A DNA stretch of 64,000 nucleotides, taken from contig NC_042999.1 in NCBI RefSeq assembly GCF_006345805.1, forward strand, positions 126,418,001 through 126,482,000. The letters are read 5' to 3'. The DNA comes from Octopus sinensis. Lineage: Eukaryota. A program made the translations under genes and the position numbers. Numbering within the stretch: position 1 is the stretch's first letter; every line of letters begins with the position of its first letter. The notes beneath the pieces are model-generated. The model made no database searches, was not told the origin of the DNA, and saw only the letters and a program-made list of their open reading frames with translations. Shown here piece after piece: positions 12,271-26,154 of the stretch.

Positions 12271-12964
12271 TGAAGCTTATCATTAAAAATTTATTCCTCA
12301 GTTAATTGTCTTACGAATAAAATTAATTTAAATTTTTGTGACTATAAACATCTTTTCCGATTTCATTCAAAATATATTAGTTAAATTTTCTACGAAAACT
12401 ATGAATATCATGTACTTAATAAAATATATCTTCGATTTCATTCTACAATTAAGAAAAAGTTTCTTCAGAGCATTACATCCATCATAACCGTAGAATATTA
12501 TACATGAACAATATAACTGCTACAATTTTACATGTTTGCAAACTTTCTATGTCGTCTGTTAAACTGCTAAGCAGACGACTCAGAAATTCTGAAACATCAT
12601 TTGTTTCACTAAGTTAACAGAAAATTTACCTTCAGCTAAAATTACCAACGAAACGTATACTTCCATGCAACTTTAAATTATATGCTGAGATTAAACGCTG
12701 CAACCAATCTATTGAATTTTTTATTATACTGATTTTGGACGGAAAGGTGATATTGCTACTTGTTTTATTCGTTTCGTAGCAACAAATGCTCACGAGTTCA
12801 GACTGAAAGACCAATAAGCTAAATCCCTATTTCATCATTTGACTCATACCTCCCCGCCTGCGAATAGTTAGTCACGTGCTAACCTCAGCAACCATCATCC
12901 GCTGTCTTGTGATTTATCACAATGCAGAAAATATTATTTGATAAAGCCGTACATAAATAGATAT

Positions 12965-12972
12965 GAGAATAT

Positions 12973-13035
<63 letters not shown>

Positions 13036-13092
13036 AGAAAGAAAGAAAGAAAGAAGAAAGAAAGAAGAAAGAAAGAAAGAAAGAAAGTAAGT

Positions 13093-13136
<44 letters not shown>

Positions 13137-13137
13137 A
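12965..13137. repeat. (AAAG)n microsatellite
   Basis: Directly visible. Confidence 0.95.
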
Positions 13138-13994
13138 CTCGTTCTGATGCTCTTTTCGTTGTTCTGATAACTCCAACCAGCGCAAGTAACCCCTAACTGA
13201 TCGAAGATAAAAAAAAATTACTTTGAGTTTACACAAGCTGATGTAATAATCACAATTAGACCTATTCAGTTACTCACTAAATCTTCACCTTCTTCCACTT
13301 AAATGCTTTTCCCTCGGAGAAATACTACAAAATGATTTGTGTTTGGAGTTTTATCAGCGAAATTTAAAGGAAATCCTCCCTTATTTCTCTTTTATGATCG
13401 ATTAAATAAGAGAGTCTAGCAACTGACCCATGAAAATCGCTACCGGCCTGATGTCAGAGTATGGGTCTAATTGCTGCTATGCTAATGCTTACATAACAGT
13501 AGAACATGTGCAAGCTACTGGTAATAATTTTATCGTTTCGGTACATATTAACATTATCTTATGATATAACAAACACCTTTGTAGCCATTCATACTAATAG
13601 TCCTTCGCTTTTCCATTCTGACATTATTACAACCCTCTTGTTTGTTTTGTAAATAACACTGCACTTTTAGGTTTAACCTAAGTCAAACATTAGGATGTTA
13701 CGGCCTAAAATACGGCATTTCTTTTTACTCATATATAATCAGCAGGATACTTTCGTTTTGTTTAGAGAAATCGCATTAGAGACTAAAACAGTCTCTAATG
13801 TCGTTTTGACAGTCCAACTTCGCTTGAATTGTAAGCAATATCAAGGAAAGGCATGAGCGTCACTGTTCTCATTGATCTCTTTCTGTATGTCGTTTGTGCT
13901 AATGAATTATTGATTGAGGATTCTAATTGAGGCATGGCAACGAAGTTAATATATTCTGAATAGTGTGTGTGTGTGTGTGTGGATGGATGTATTT

Positions 13995-14020
13995 ATATGT
14001 AGATAGATAGATAGATAGAT

Positions 14021-14053
<33 letters not shown>

Positions 14054-14107
14054 AGATAGATAGATAGATATAGATAGATATAGATAGATAGAGAGATAGA
14101 TAGATAG
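13995..14107. repeat. (GATA)n array
   Basis: Directly visible; abuts Tx1-like copy T0. Confidence 0.95.
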
Positions 14108-14404
14108 TACAAGGTAGAGCTTTATTTTGAGTTTAGAAATAGTAAATTAATAAATAAAATAAAAATAAATAAAAAGGGGGGGGTCGATCAAAAGGATCGT
14201 AAAAGGAGAGAAAGAGGAAAAAAAGGGGGGGTAAAAAAAGGGGGAGAGGAAAAAAATTGATCAATAGATATCGTTATCACAGAAAGTCAATATGAAGTGT
14301 AGACAGGTGAGGACCCGTGGAAAGAAAAGCCTACGGAGAAAGACCACGGTAACCTCGGTCAATGAAGTCACATGTTATATATTTTTTTTGCAAATAAGCA
14401 ACTC

Positions 14405-14405
<1 letters not shown>
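14108..14405 (-). mobile_element. Tx1-like LINE copy T0 (3'UTR only)
   Basis: Aligns to 14495-14805; GATA arrays on both sides. Confidence 0.85.
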
Positions 14406-14450
<45 letters not shown>

Positions 14451-14822
14451 TGTTTCTTTATTAGCCACGCAGGGCTGCACACAGATAGAACAATTTAAAG
14501 GTAGAGCTTTTCTTTTGAAGGTAAAAAATAAAAATAAATAAATAATAAAAAAAGGGGGGGTCGATCAAAAGGGATCGTAAAAGGAGAGAAAGAGGACAAA
14601 AAAGGGGGGGTTAAAAAAAAGGGGGAGAGGAAAAAAATTGATCATAGGGATCGTTATCACAGAAATGTCAATATGAAGTGTAAAGGGGAGGACAGGTGAG
14701 GTTTACCCGTGGAAAGAAAAGCCTACGGAAAAGACCACGGTAACCTCGGTCAATGAAGTCACATGTTATTTTTTTTTTTTTTTTTTTTTGCAAATAAGCA
14801 ACTCTCTGTTAATTTTTACGGT

Positions 14823-17800
14823 TCATAGAATCATAGTCAAGGTGGCTTCGTCATTCATACGTGCCATCCTTGCTACATTCACCCATCTTTTTTTTAAAAC
14901 ATTCACTAGACAAAACTTGCCTCTCTACTCTCACTTTTTCTTCAAGTGATACTTGAAGAAGTTGATGAGAGATTGACCAGAGAGGAAAGTGTTTGTCTCT
15001 AATCCTTTCAGACGCGTCCACCAGATACATTCTTCGCCATAGCCACAAGTATGATAAAAATAGCTCTTCCTTCCCGTTTGAAGGAAGGAGGCGTGACGAT
15101 ATTAACGATAGACTCGGCTGATAAACCGACACGTCCCACACGTGACAGCAGTCGTTCGACATAAGCCCACAGGTGGGAAATTGCTGGACACTGCACGATG
15201 CGTGCAGAGCGGTTTCGTCGCTCTGACCGCATCTCGGGCAGGTCGGCCCCGTGTTTCTCGAGCCATGCCTATAGAGCTTATCCGAACGGGTAGCGCTTCT
15301 CGGTAGCACCGCCAGGCCAGGGATCTTCTGGAAGTTGTCCATAGGTCCGGGGCCGAAAGTCGTTTGAAACAGGCGGGTCAGGTATTCCTCGTCGACGCCC
15401 AGGTTCGCCCCGAGCTCGTCGTCGTACCTCCCCTCCACTAGTCTCCTATAGAATGCTTTGTTGTGTTGAAGTCACTCAAGGTCGACCGGGGCGGCAGAGT
15501 TGCTTGAGAGCAACGCGACACTCGCGGTGCCATTCGCCCTTCCTCGGCCTCTTTTGATCCACGACTGTAGTTCGGTCATGGAGACGAGTTGCGGGAATGC
15601 GTGCCTCACAAACGGCGACCACACCTGTTCACCGTCGTCTACATAGAGCCGGAGATGTCGCAGTCTCAGCGCGTGTCTGCGCATCATCAACCACGGCATG
15701 CCAGCCCTCCTTTTAACGGGTGTTGACAGCAAATGGATCGCCTGACCATCGGGACGCATCCTTTCCACAAGAAGCGGAAGAGGATGCGTTCTAGTTTGGT
15801 GATGGTAGGGTCGGGACAAGGTACGACGGTCAGGCGGTAGTAGATGATGGACGCGATGTACGCGTTCACCACCTCCGCCCGACCTTTTAGGGACAGTTTC
15901 CTCTCGGCCCATTGCTGGGCGAGAGTGACCACCCTACTCGTTATCTCGTTCCAGTTCTTCTCCATTTGGAGGTCCGGACCGAACCAGACCCCGAGCAACT
16001 CAACCGGGCCGTCTGTCCAGCGTCCCACGACGGAGGTACTGGTGGACGGCATGGGCTTGCTTCTCCAGGTGCCGAGCGCGCAGGCCCACTGACTTTTCCC
16101 GGTTGATTTTTGCTCCTGTCACCGCTTCGTAGTCTTTCAGTGTCTCGCCGACCCGCTCGATGTGCTCGTGGCTTGACACTATGACGGTGACGTCGTCCGC
16201 GTATGCAGACACGCTCGTCCCGCATCCCAATTCTCGCGGGATGCCCCTTAGAGTCGCCAGCTTCCGCAGTAGTGGCTCAAGAGTCAATACGTATAGAAGC
16301 GCCGAGAGGGAGCATCCCTGACGGACCGAACGTGCAATGTCGAAAGGTCTCGATAGATGTCCATTTACGCGAATTACCGAACGGATGCCTCTGTACAAGG
16401 CAGCTATCCAGCCGCGGAAGACGGGACCGAAACCAGCCGCTCTCAGGACTGCCTCCAAGTATCGATGGTCTACCCTATCAAAGGCTTTCGATTGATCCAA
16501 GTTGATCAGGGCCCCACCCATGCCAGGTTCGTTAACTACCCTGTCTATGATGTAGCGCATCAGATGGAGGTTGTCATGGATGCTCCGGCCGGCACGGCGC
16601 ACGTTTGTGCGTTGTCGACCAGTTTCTCGATGACAAGCGCCAACCTCTTGGCTAAACCTTTGTCAAAATTTTCAGGTCTGCATTGAGCAGTGTGATTGGT
16701 CTAAAGTTATCTATAATGTTTCCCTTGTTTGGATCTTTCTTCAGCAGAGTTACAGCTCCTCGACTCACAAAACCGGGTATGCTCCCGTTTTGCTGCCAAG
16801 TTGCAGTATACCGCTGCCAAGACGTCTCCAAACAAGTCTGGCATACAATTGTAAAACTCGTAGGGTAGACCATCCAAACCCGGTGGTGATTTGTCCTCGA
16901 GCATTCTGCTATCGCTTCCTGCACTTCCGCCGCCGTGATGGCACCTTCGCAGCACCCTGCCTTTCTGTCGAGAGTCGTGGCAGGCTATGTAGGTAGGCAC
17001 TGAAGTCACCCTACGTTCTTGCCCTCCACTCGTCCCGAACAGTCGGGCAAAATGCTGCTGAAAGGCCTCACACATTTTACTTGGCTCGAGCAATTCGCGC
17101 CCCTGTTCATCTACCAGTGACCGAATGGTGGCTTTGTTGCCCTGTTGCGCCTCTGCCACCCGGGCCTCTCTCGCGGCTCCACACCTTCGTTCCTTAGAGC
17201 ACGCATCCTAGCTCTGACAGCACATCCTTCGTGTTTGGCGTTGAAGTGTTGGTCGAGGGCCAACCTCGCCGCCAAAACGTCGGATGCGATGCCGCTTCTA
17301 ATTGCCTCTTCTAGCTTCTTAACTAGCTCACCCTCTACTCTATTTCTATCTATGGCTAGTGCTTTGCTGTACCTAATCGCTTCTGCTTTTACTGCTCTCT
17401 TGAGGGCATACCACCATTTGTTGTTGATGATGGCTCCCGTCAAAGCCCTCTTTACTAGTGTGCTAATCCAGTCTCTGAAAACTTGTCTGGACGGGAATGA
17501 GGCGTTCAGTTTCCAGTACCCAGGACCCTGTCTATGTGCCTTATCTAAGTCTAGCGTACACGTCACCAATTTGTGATCCGTGTAGCTGACTGTGTGGAAT
17601 TGTGGACATCCTAAGTTATCCTTGTCTACTGTCCTACACAGTACCTATCTAGATACGATCTCGACGACCCACTGCGGTTGCTCCATGTCCACGTTGGTGC
17701 ATTTGGGTGGTCGAGTCGGTACCTGTCAGACAGTTGGAATCGTCTGAGCAGGTCTCTGAGGCATTTGCATCCCCCCTTCTGTTTCTGTCTCTACCCACTA

Positions 17801-18244
17801 CATGCCCAAGGTAGCATTCCAATCCCCCACTAAGAGTAAAGGACGAGACGTTCCCAAGAATACTTCTAGACGTCGAAAGAAATCCGCCCGACCTGTTGAG
17901 GGCGGTGCGTAGACTGATACGAGTCGAAAAGCGCACCCATTGCTGCCGTCAACATCCAGAACGATCAGTCTACCCTCCGGGTCTACGAATATCGTCTTGA
18001 CTTCGAGATCCAGGCTCTTGTGAAAAAGTACCGCGGTGCCACTACCGCCCATCCTCGGCAGACAGGGAGCGAAATAAATGTTAAACTGTCCGCCAAACAT
18101 GGACTTTAGGGCCCGTGGCTCGTGGAGTCTGGTCTCACTTATGGCTATGATTCCCAAATCATGTGACTTGATGTCATTTAGGAGGTATCCTTGTTTCCAA
18201 GGAGACCCCAAGCCACGCGCATTCACACAACCAATCTTGACCAT
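14823..18244 (-). pseudogene. T1 ORF2: apurinic-type endonuclease, reverse transcriptase and C-terminal zinc finger (frameshifted)
   Basis: MVKIGCVNARGL, GDWN, PGYWKLN, PGLDGLPYEFY, NFRPITLLNADLK, LDQSKAFDRV, VRQGCSLS, YADD at 16192-16203, TCPRCGQSDETALH. Confidence 0.92.
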
Positions 18245-18296
18245 GATTCTATTGGGGTGTGTGTGCTTTAAAACACACAAATGAAAGTACAGAGAG

Positions 18297-20010
18297 TTAC
18301 TTACTTGTGTCGAAAGTTTTGGCTTCCTCGTTCTTTGATGTGTCTTCGAGGAGGTTTTTATATAGTTTTGGGGACAGATATTTCTGGAAACCCCCTACAG
18401 CATTTGGGAAGAGGGCTTTGAGTTTGTGGTTTGTGTTGTGTGATGTGTAGTATTTTGATGTGTTTGGGTGGTGTAGTGCGTGGATGATTGCTATTTTTAA
18501 AGTCATCTTCAAAATGTTTGTGTATCCTGTGATGTACTCCATTAGTTTGGAGTCTTTGGTGTCTATCGCTGATAGCATTGTTTTTGTGGTGTTGGTGCTT
18601 GTTTTTGTGTATGGAGTTTTCAGGGTTCAGGTATCTCCCTGCTTTGGTTGCGATTTCTTGTTTTTTTTTCTTGATCTTTTTCTTTTACCCCCTGTGGCTA
18701 TTTGCCATTCTGTCGAACTTTCATCGTTAGATGAAAAGTCTGACGAATCAGCAGGGGCAAGGGTAAAGCGTCTGGGTGTGTTTGTGCGGTTGTAGATATT
18801 GTTGTGGTGCGCGGGGAGGTGTTGCTGGGGTGTTTGTTGTGGTTATTGTCTCTCCTACATCCTTGGTGCTTGTCTTCTTCGTTGTTATTCTTGGTGTTGG
18901 AATTGGTTTATTTGTTGTTGGTGGTGATGATTCTGTTCTTGGCGCTGGTGTTGGTGTTGTTTGGTTGGGTTGGCTGTTCTTTGTTGTTTTTCCTGCATTT
19001 CCGCATACAGCTTCTTGACTAGCTGTCCATATTGTGGTGTGGGCAATAATCCTGGCTTTTGTGATTTTTCCTGTGGCTGTTGTTGTTGTTGTAATTTTGC
19101 GGCAGATTTGCACTCCTTTTTGAGGTGTGCCTCACTGCCACATGTATAGCATCGTGGCCTTCTGCCCTCGACTACTACGTATAACTTGCGGCCATCCTCA
19201 AGATGTACGTGGGTGGGGATTTTATTATGTCCTCTTGACTTATGTGGAAGAGGAACTCTATTCTCTTTCCCAGCCAGTCCTTGTTTTCCGAAACACCGAT
19301 ATCTAGGATGTTTAGTCCTCCATTTCGGATATTAAGGCGGATGTTATCCACAGTGTTGTAGTCACTTGGGGGACACCACTGATAATGACTTTCGTCACCT
19401 TCTGGCCGAGGTAACTCGGTGTCAACGTTAGTTCATCAGAATGAAGGGTTATCGTTGAGAATTCCTTCGCCAACTCTTCATTCTGAAAAACCACCTGTAC
19501 GTGTGCGAACTTGTTCGCCCAAGTCACACAATCCTTGTATCCCCAGATGGGGCGTAAGCACTTTTCGACTTTGTCTGTGCTTGCCTTTCTGGACTTTTAG
19601 TTTTTTTATTTGTGATTTTATATACAATTGTCTTTTTTTTCTCCTCATTCAGTATGTTTGAGGTATGTGTAAGAGTATTTTTCCGTTTTCATTTGTAATA
19701 AGGTTTCTGCAATCTTTATCTGTTGTGTAGTAAACGAAACTTTTGTTACCTTTTCTTTTATCGCCTCGGCGAAGTTTGTTGTTGTTTTGTTATTGTTGTT
19801 ACTGCCGGTGGTGTTGGTGTTGATGGCGGGGTGTGGGTTGTAGGTTTGTGGTTGCTGATTATGCAACTAGCAAGGGGTGGAAAATTGCCTGCGTATTTAG
19901 TAGTCCTGCATTAGCGCAAATTTCGGCATTTCGTTTGCTTGTCGTCGTTATTTTTTCACTTGTTGGTGATGGAGTGAGCATGGTTGAAGGAATTGTTGTT
20001 GTCGTCGTCG

Positions 20011-20049
<39 letters not shown>

Positions 20050-20423
20050 TGTTGTTGTTGTTGTTATTGTCGTTCTTGGTGACGGCGTGGTGTTAGTGGT
20101 ATTAGTAGCATTGACGGCACGGTCTTTGGTGGCGGTGATGGTGGTGTTGGTATTGTTATTGGTGGCGACGTCTTTAGTAGGGATAGCAGTTTTAGTAGCA
20201 GATTCTGCCATGGTGTTGTTGTCGGTGTTGGTGGTGGTGGACTCACTGATGGTGTTGACGGTGCTTGGCCTTGCGACCTTTGTTTTGTATTTGTTGCTGT
20301 TGTCGATGTTGATGGTGGTGGAGTGGTGTTGTCAGGTTCAGCGTATGCTAACAGAGCATCCTGTTTTTCTGTCTCTGCGTCACGCTTGACTTGCACCTCA
20401 GCCTCGTGGTGACCAGTGGCCAT
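18297..20423 (-). pseudogene. T1 ORF1: gag-like nucleic-acid-binding protein (frameshifted)
   Basis: Starts MATGHHEAEVQ (ATG at 20423); T/Q/N-rich N-terminus; RRM-like AHVQVVFQNEELAKEF..LTPSYLGQKVTKVIISGVP; VVVEGRRPRCYTCGSEAHLKKEC (CX2CX4HX4C) near 19105-19185. Confidence 0.85.
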
Positions 20424-20640
20424 TTTGGAAATAAAATGGCTAAATGAACCACGAAGGCTATGAGAATTTTTTCTTTTAAATTTTGCCCACAAGGGGCAAA
20501 ATTTTGTGTAGATATTTATCAAAGGTTTGCAGTGGATGTTGTTGCACAACTTTTAAACACAAAATATTTGTCAATATACACTTTTGAACGTACAAAAATA
20601 CCAACTTACGTGGAGCCCATTTGACTTGCGTCTGTCTGTC

Positions 20641-20673
20641 CGATAGATAGATAGATAGATAGATAGATATGAT

Positions 20674-20727
<54 letters not shown>

Positions 20728-20767
20728 GTAGATGATCATGAGAGATAGATAGATAGATAGATAGAAT

Positions 20768-20806
<39 letters not shown>

Positions 20807-20840
20807 TAGATAGATAATAGATAGAAGATAGATAGTATAG
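20641..20840. repeat. (GATA)n array
   Basis: Directly visible; 5' flank of T1. Confidence 0.95.
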
Positions 20841-21145
20841 ATAGAAATCAGCTGAGAGAAATAACTAGTAATTTAACTCTAGTGACATGTATGAGAACAA
20901 CAAAGACGAAATGTACATAAAATAACATGCAGGTTAAATTCTTAATCTACTGAAATTGTTCGCGCTTCCAGAAAAAGCGGAAGAATCGCTTGGCGTCACT
21001 TAAGATCAGTCCCGAATCAGATAGGAAGTCCGAGAATCAAGCATTCTCCAAATTTGACAAACTATGCAATGATAGAAAAGATTATATGGACAGGCTGAGG
21101 ATACACAAATGTGCGCACGTACGTACACACATACTCACACACACA

Positions 21146-21525
21146 TCGTGGCACTCCGTCAGTTACAACGACGAGGGTTCTAGTTGATCCGATCAACGGA
21201 ACAGCCTGCTTGTGAAATTAACGTGCAAGTGGCTGAGCACTCCACAGACATGCGTACCCTTAACGTAGTTCTCAGGGAGATTCAGCGTAACACAGAGTGT
21301 GACAAGGCTGGTTCTTTGAAATACAGATACAACAGAAACAGGAAGAAAGGGTGAGAGAAAGTTTTGGTGATAGAGTACAGTAGGGTTCGCCAGCACCCCC
21401 TGCCGGAGCCTCGTGGGGCTTTAGGTGTTTTCGCTCAATAAACACTAAAAACGCCCGGTCTGGGAATTGAAACTGTGATCCTACGACCGCGATCCGCTGC
21501 CCTCACCACTGGGCCATTGCGCCTC
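21146..21525 (-). mobile_element. SINE family B variant
   Basis: Minus head GGAGGCGCAATGGCCCAGTGG..GTTTCAATTCCC; tail shared with 5450-5528. Confidence 0.8.
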
Positions 21526-21613
21526 CACACTCACACACATACATACGTACATACATACATGCACACACACATGTAAACACGCATATATACATATATAGGT
21601 GTGTGTGTATGTG

Positions 21614-21649
<36 letters not shown>

Positions 21650-21673
21650 TGCATACATACATACATACATACA

Positions 21674-21704
<31 letters not shown>

Positions 21705-21708
21705 GCAT

Positions 21709-21868
21709 GCGCAAGCGTGAATGTATGGTAAGAAGTTTACTTCCCAACCACGTGTTTCTGGGCTCAGTTCCATTGCGTGGCACCTTTGGCAAGTGTCTTC
21801 TACTATAGCTCCGGGCCGACCAAAGCTTTGTGAGTGGATTTGGTAGACGAAAACTGAAAGACTCCCGT
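21709..21868 (+). mobile_element. tRNA-derived SINE family C, 5' half
   Basis: GGCTCAGTTCCATTGCGTGGCACCTTTGGCAAGTGTCTTCTACTATAGC; matches 59644-59810. Confidence 0.8.
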
Positions 21869-21924
21869 AAAATATAAATATTTCTGCACATATTGTGTCT
21901 GTCCGATAGATAGATAGATAGATG

Positions 21925-21981
<57 letters not shown>

Positions 21982-23282
21982 TGTTCTTTATTAGCCCACA
22001 GGGCTGCACACAGATAGACAAATTACAGGTAGAGCTTTTCTTTTGAAGGTATTAAAAAAAAAAAAAAAAAAAAAAAAAGGAAGGGGAGGTTCGATCAAAA
22101 GGATCGTAAAAGGAGAGAAAGGGGACAAAAATAGGGGGGTTAAAAAAATAAAAAAAAAAAAAAGGGGGGGGGGGAGAGGAAAAAAAAATGATCAATAGGG
22201 ATCGTATCACAGAAATGTCAATATGAAGTGTAAGGGGAGGACAGGTGAGGTTTACCCGTGGAAAGAAAAGCCTGCGGAAAAGACCACGGTTAACCTCGGT
22301 CAATGAAGTCACATTTTATATTTCTTTTTTTTTTTTTTGCAAATAAGCAACTCTCTGTTTTCGATTTCTGGGTTCATAGGACTATGCTCAAGGTGGCTTC
22401 GTCATTCATACGTGCCATTCTTGCTACATTCACCCATCTTTTTTTAAAACATTCGCTAGACAAAACTTGCCTCTCTACTCTCACTTCCTTTTCAAGTGGT
22501 ACTTGAAGAAGTTGATGAGAGATTGACCAGAGAGGAAAGTGTTTGTCTCCAATCCTTTCAGACGCGTCCACCAGATACATTCTTTCGCCATAGCCACAAG
22601 GATGATGAAAATAGCTCTTCCTTCCCGTTTGAAGGAAGGAGGCGTGACATATTGACGATAGACTCAGCTGATAAACCGACTCGTCCCACACGTGACAGCA
22701 GTTGTTCGACATAAGCCCACAGGTCGGAAATTGTTGGACACTGAACGAGTGCGTGCAGAACGGTTTCGTCGCTCTGACCGCATCTCGGGCAGGTCGGCCC
22801 CGTGTTTCTCGAGCCGTGTCTGTAGAGCTTATCCCGAACGGGTAGCGCTTCTCGGTAGCACTGCCAGGCCAGGGATCTCTGGAAGTTGTCCATGGCCCTG
22901 GCCCGAAAGTCGTCCCGAACAGGCGGGTCAGGTACTCCTCGTCGACGTCCAGGTTCGCCCCGAGCTCGTCGTCGTACCTCCCCTCCACTAAACCCCTATA
23001 GAATGCTTTGGTTGTGTTGAAGTCACTTAAGGTCGACCCAGGACGGCAGAGTTGCTTGAGAGCAACGCGACACTCGCGGTGCCATTCGCCCTTCCTCGGC
23101 CTCTTTTTGATCCACGACTGCAGTTCGATCATGGAGACGAGCTGCGGGAAAGCGTGCCTCACAAACGGCGACCACACCTGTTCACCGTCGTCTACATAGA
23201 GCCAGAGATGTCGCAGTCTCAGCGCGTGTCTGCGCATCATCAACCACGGCATGCCCAGCCCTCCTTTTAACGGGTGTTGACA
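21982..23282 (-). mobile_element. Tx1-like LINE copy T2 (5' truncated, ORF2 C-terminus plus 3'UTR)
   Basis: Collinear with 14451-15727; ORF 22374..23252 with TCPRCGQSDETVLHALVQC in the neighbouring frame; (GATA)n on both sides. Confidence 0.9.
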
Positions 23283-23302
23283 GATAGATAGATAGATAGA
23301 TA

Positions 23303-23721
23303 TGTTTCTTTATTAGCCACACAGGGCCGAACACACATGGGACAAAATACAGTGTAGAGCTTTTCTTTTGAAAAGGGAAAAAAGGAGAAATTTAAAATTT
23401 CAATCAATAGGGATCGTGAAAAAAAAAAGCACCGATCGAAAGGGATCGTGTATCACAGAAAATGTTATAAATGTTACGAAAAAAGAAAAAAAGACTAGGT
23501 TTATCCGTGGAAAAAAAAGCCCACGGTAACCTCGGGCAATATGTCCTACAAAAATACATTACAGTAAGTAACTCTCTTTTTGTTTTTTTGTTTTTCTGGT
23601 TCATAGTATTCCTCATTGACGCCCAGGTTCGTCCCGAGATCGTCGTCGTACCTTCCCTCCACTAATCCCCTATAGAATGCTTTGGTTATGTTGAAGTCGC
23701 TCGAGGTCGACCCGAGACGGC
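23303..23721 (-). mobile_element. Tx1-like LINE copy T3 (diverged, internally deleted)
   Basis: Same 3' end TGTTTCTTTATTAGCCAC; the 3'UTR joins directly to ORF2 sequence equivalent to 15382-15492; (GATA)n at 23283-23302 and 23722-23818. Confidence 0.85.
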
Positions 23722-23726
23722 GATAA

Positions 23727-23817
<91 letters not shown>

Positions 23818-24388
23818 TTCAATATGAGTGCGGAAAGAATCTCGAATAAACTCACATAAGAAAATATATGTATATTTGTCCTGCGGTAAACCTTCTGGAA
23901 TATCTAGCTGCATCTGCAACTTCTTCAACCGTTGATAAAAAAAATGCAGATTTCTGTAAAGTCTTTCTATTACAATCATCTACATGGAACAGAACTTAAA
24001 GTAAACAAAACGTACAAGAAAAACGGTGGAATGCGTTTATATACAATTTCAAAAAAATCATATCTTATCGTAATGGTTCTCCACGAGGAAAGATAGTTAA
24101 AATTCCTGGGAGCGATGTATGTGGTAACGAAATACACATGAACCTCACATAGTACAACTTATTTCATTTGAATGAACTTATCGAAGGGGAATAACAATTA
24201 TATTTATCGCTACTACAGTATATATATATATAATATATATATATATATAGATTATATATTATATATATAATATATACTATATATATTATATATATATTAT
24301 TATATATATTATATACAAGAATTAAATATATATAAGAAATTAAAAAAGGAAAATACCACACTTAAATAGTTTTAATATAATTTTTTTT

Positions 24389-24423
24389 ATATCGACCGGT
24401 TTCGCTATCGCTATTCATGATAT
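24389..24423 (-). ncRNA. decayed hammerhead-like motif
   Basis: Minus atatc-ATGA-ata-gc/gata/gc-GAAA-CCGGT-C-gatat. Perfect 5-bp stem I, ACCGGT palindrome and GUC, but the CTG of the core is missing. Confidence 0.45.
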
Positions 24424-24650
24424 TATGTTTTACTTATTTGAATATATATCTTTTCTTTAAGAAGAAATTTTGTCCATGTTGTGTGTGATGAAATTCACCA
24501 GTGAATGACTTCACAAGTAGATAAATAAAGGAAGGTAATTGGTTGTCACTATTATTGTTATTGTTGTGGGTAGGGGAGATAACTGTTCAGCTTTAGGTAA
24601 TGGGTGGGGATTATATATGTCTACAGACAGAGACAAGTTTCAAAAACTTG

Positions 24651-24680
<30 letters not shown>

Positions 24681-24682
<2 letters not shown>

Positions 24683-24757
24683 CATATCTGCATACAACCA
24701 GGTGCATGTTCAGACACAAGATTATATACAATTTTACAATCAAGTAGAAGTATTAAT
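24681..24757. repeat. 77-bp sequence identical to 33992-34068
   Basis: Base-by-base identical; both copies are preceded by (TA)n. Confidence 0.9.
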
Positions 24758-24787
24758 ATATATATATATACATCAGTATATATATCT

Positions 24788-25978
<1,191 letters not shown>

Positions 25979-26081
25979 CGTGACACATTCAAACCAGTAT
26001 CCGCAGTTTCATCATACTGTTGAGTTAAATAAATTAATTAAAAATCTGTGACTGAGATTGAAAAGATCCTATATCTATCTG

Positions 26082-26147
<66 letters not shown>

Positions 26148-26154
<7 letters not shown>

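Larger units (their letters stand above)
14451..20640 (-). mobile_element. near full-length Tx1/L1-clade non-LTR retrotransposon (T1, ~6.2 kb)
   Basis: ~215-nt 5'UTR, ORF1 with CCHC knuckle, ORF2 APE-RT-CCHC, ~370-nt 3'UTR ending CTAATAAAGAAACA; bounded by (GATA)n at 14406-14450 and 20641-20840. Confidence 0.92.
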
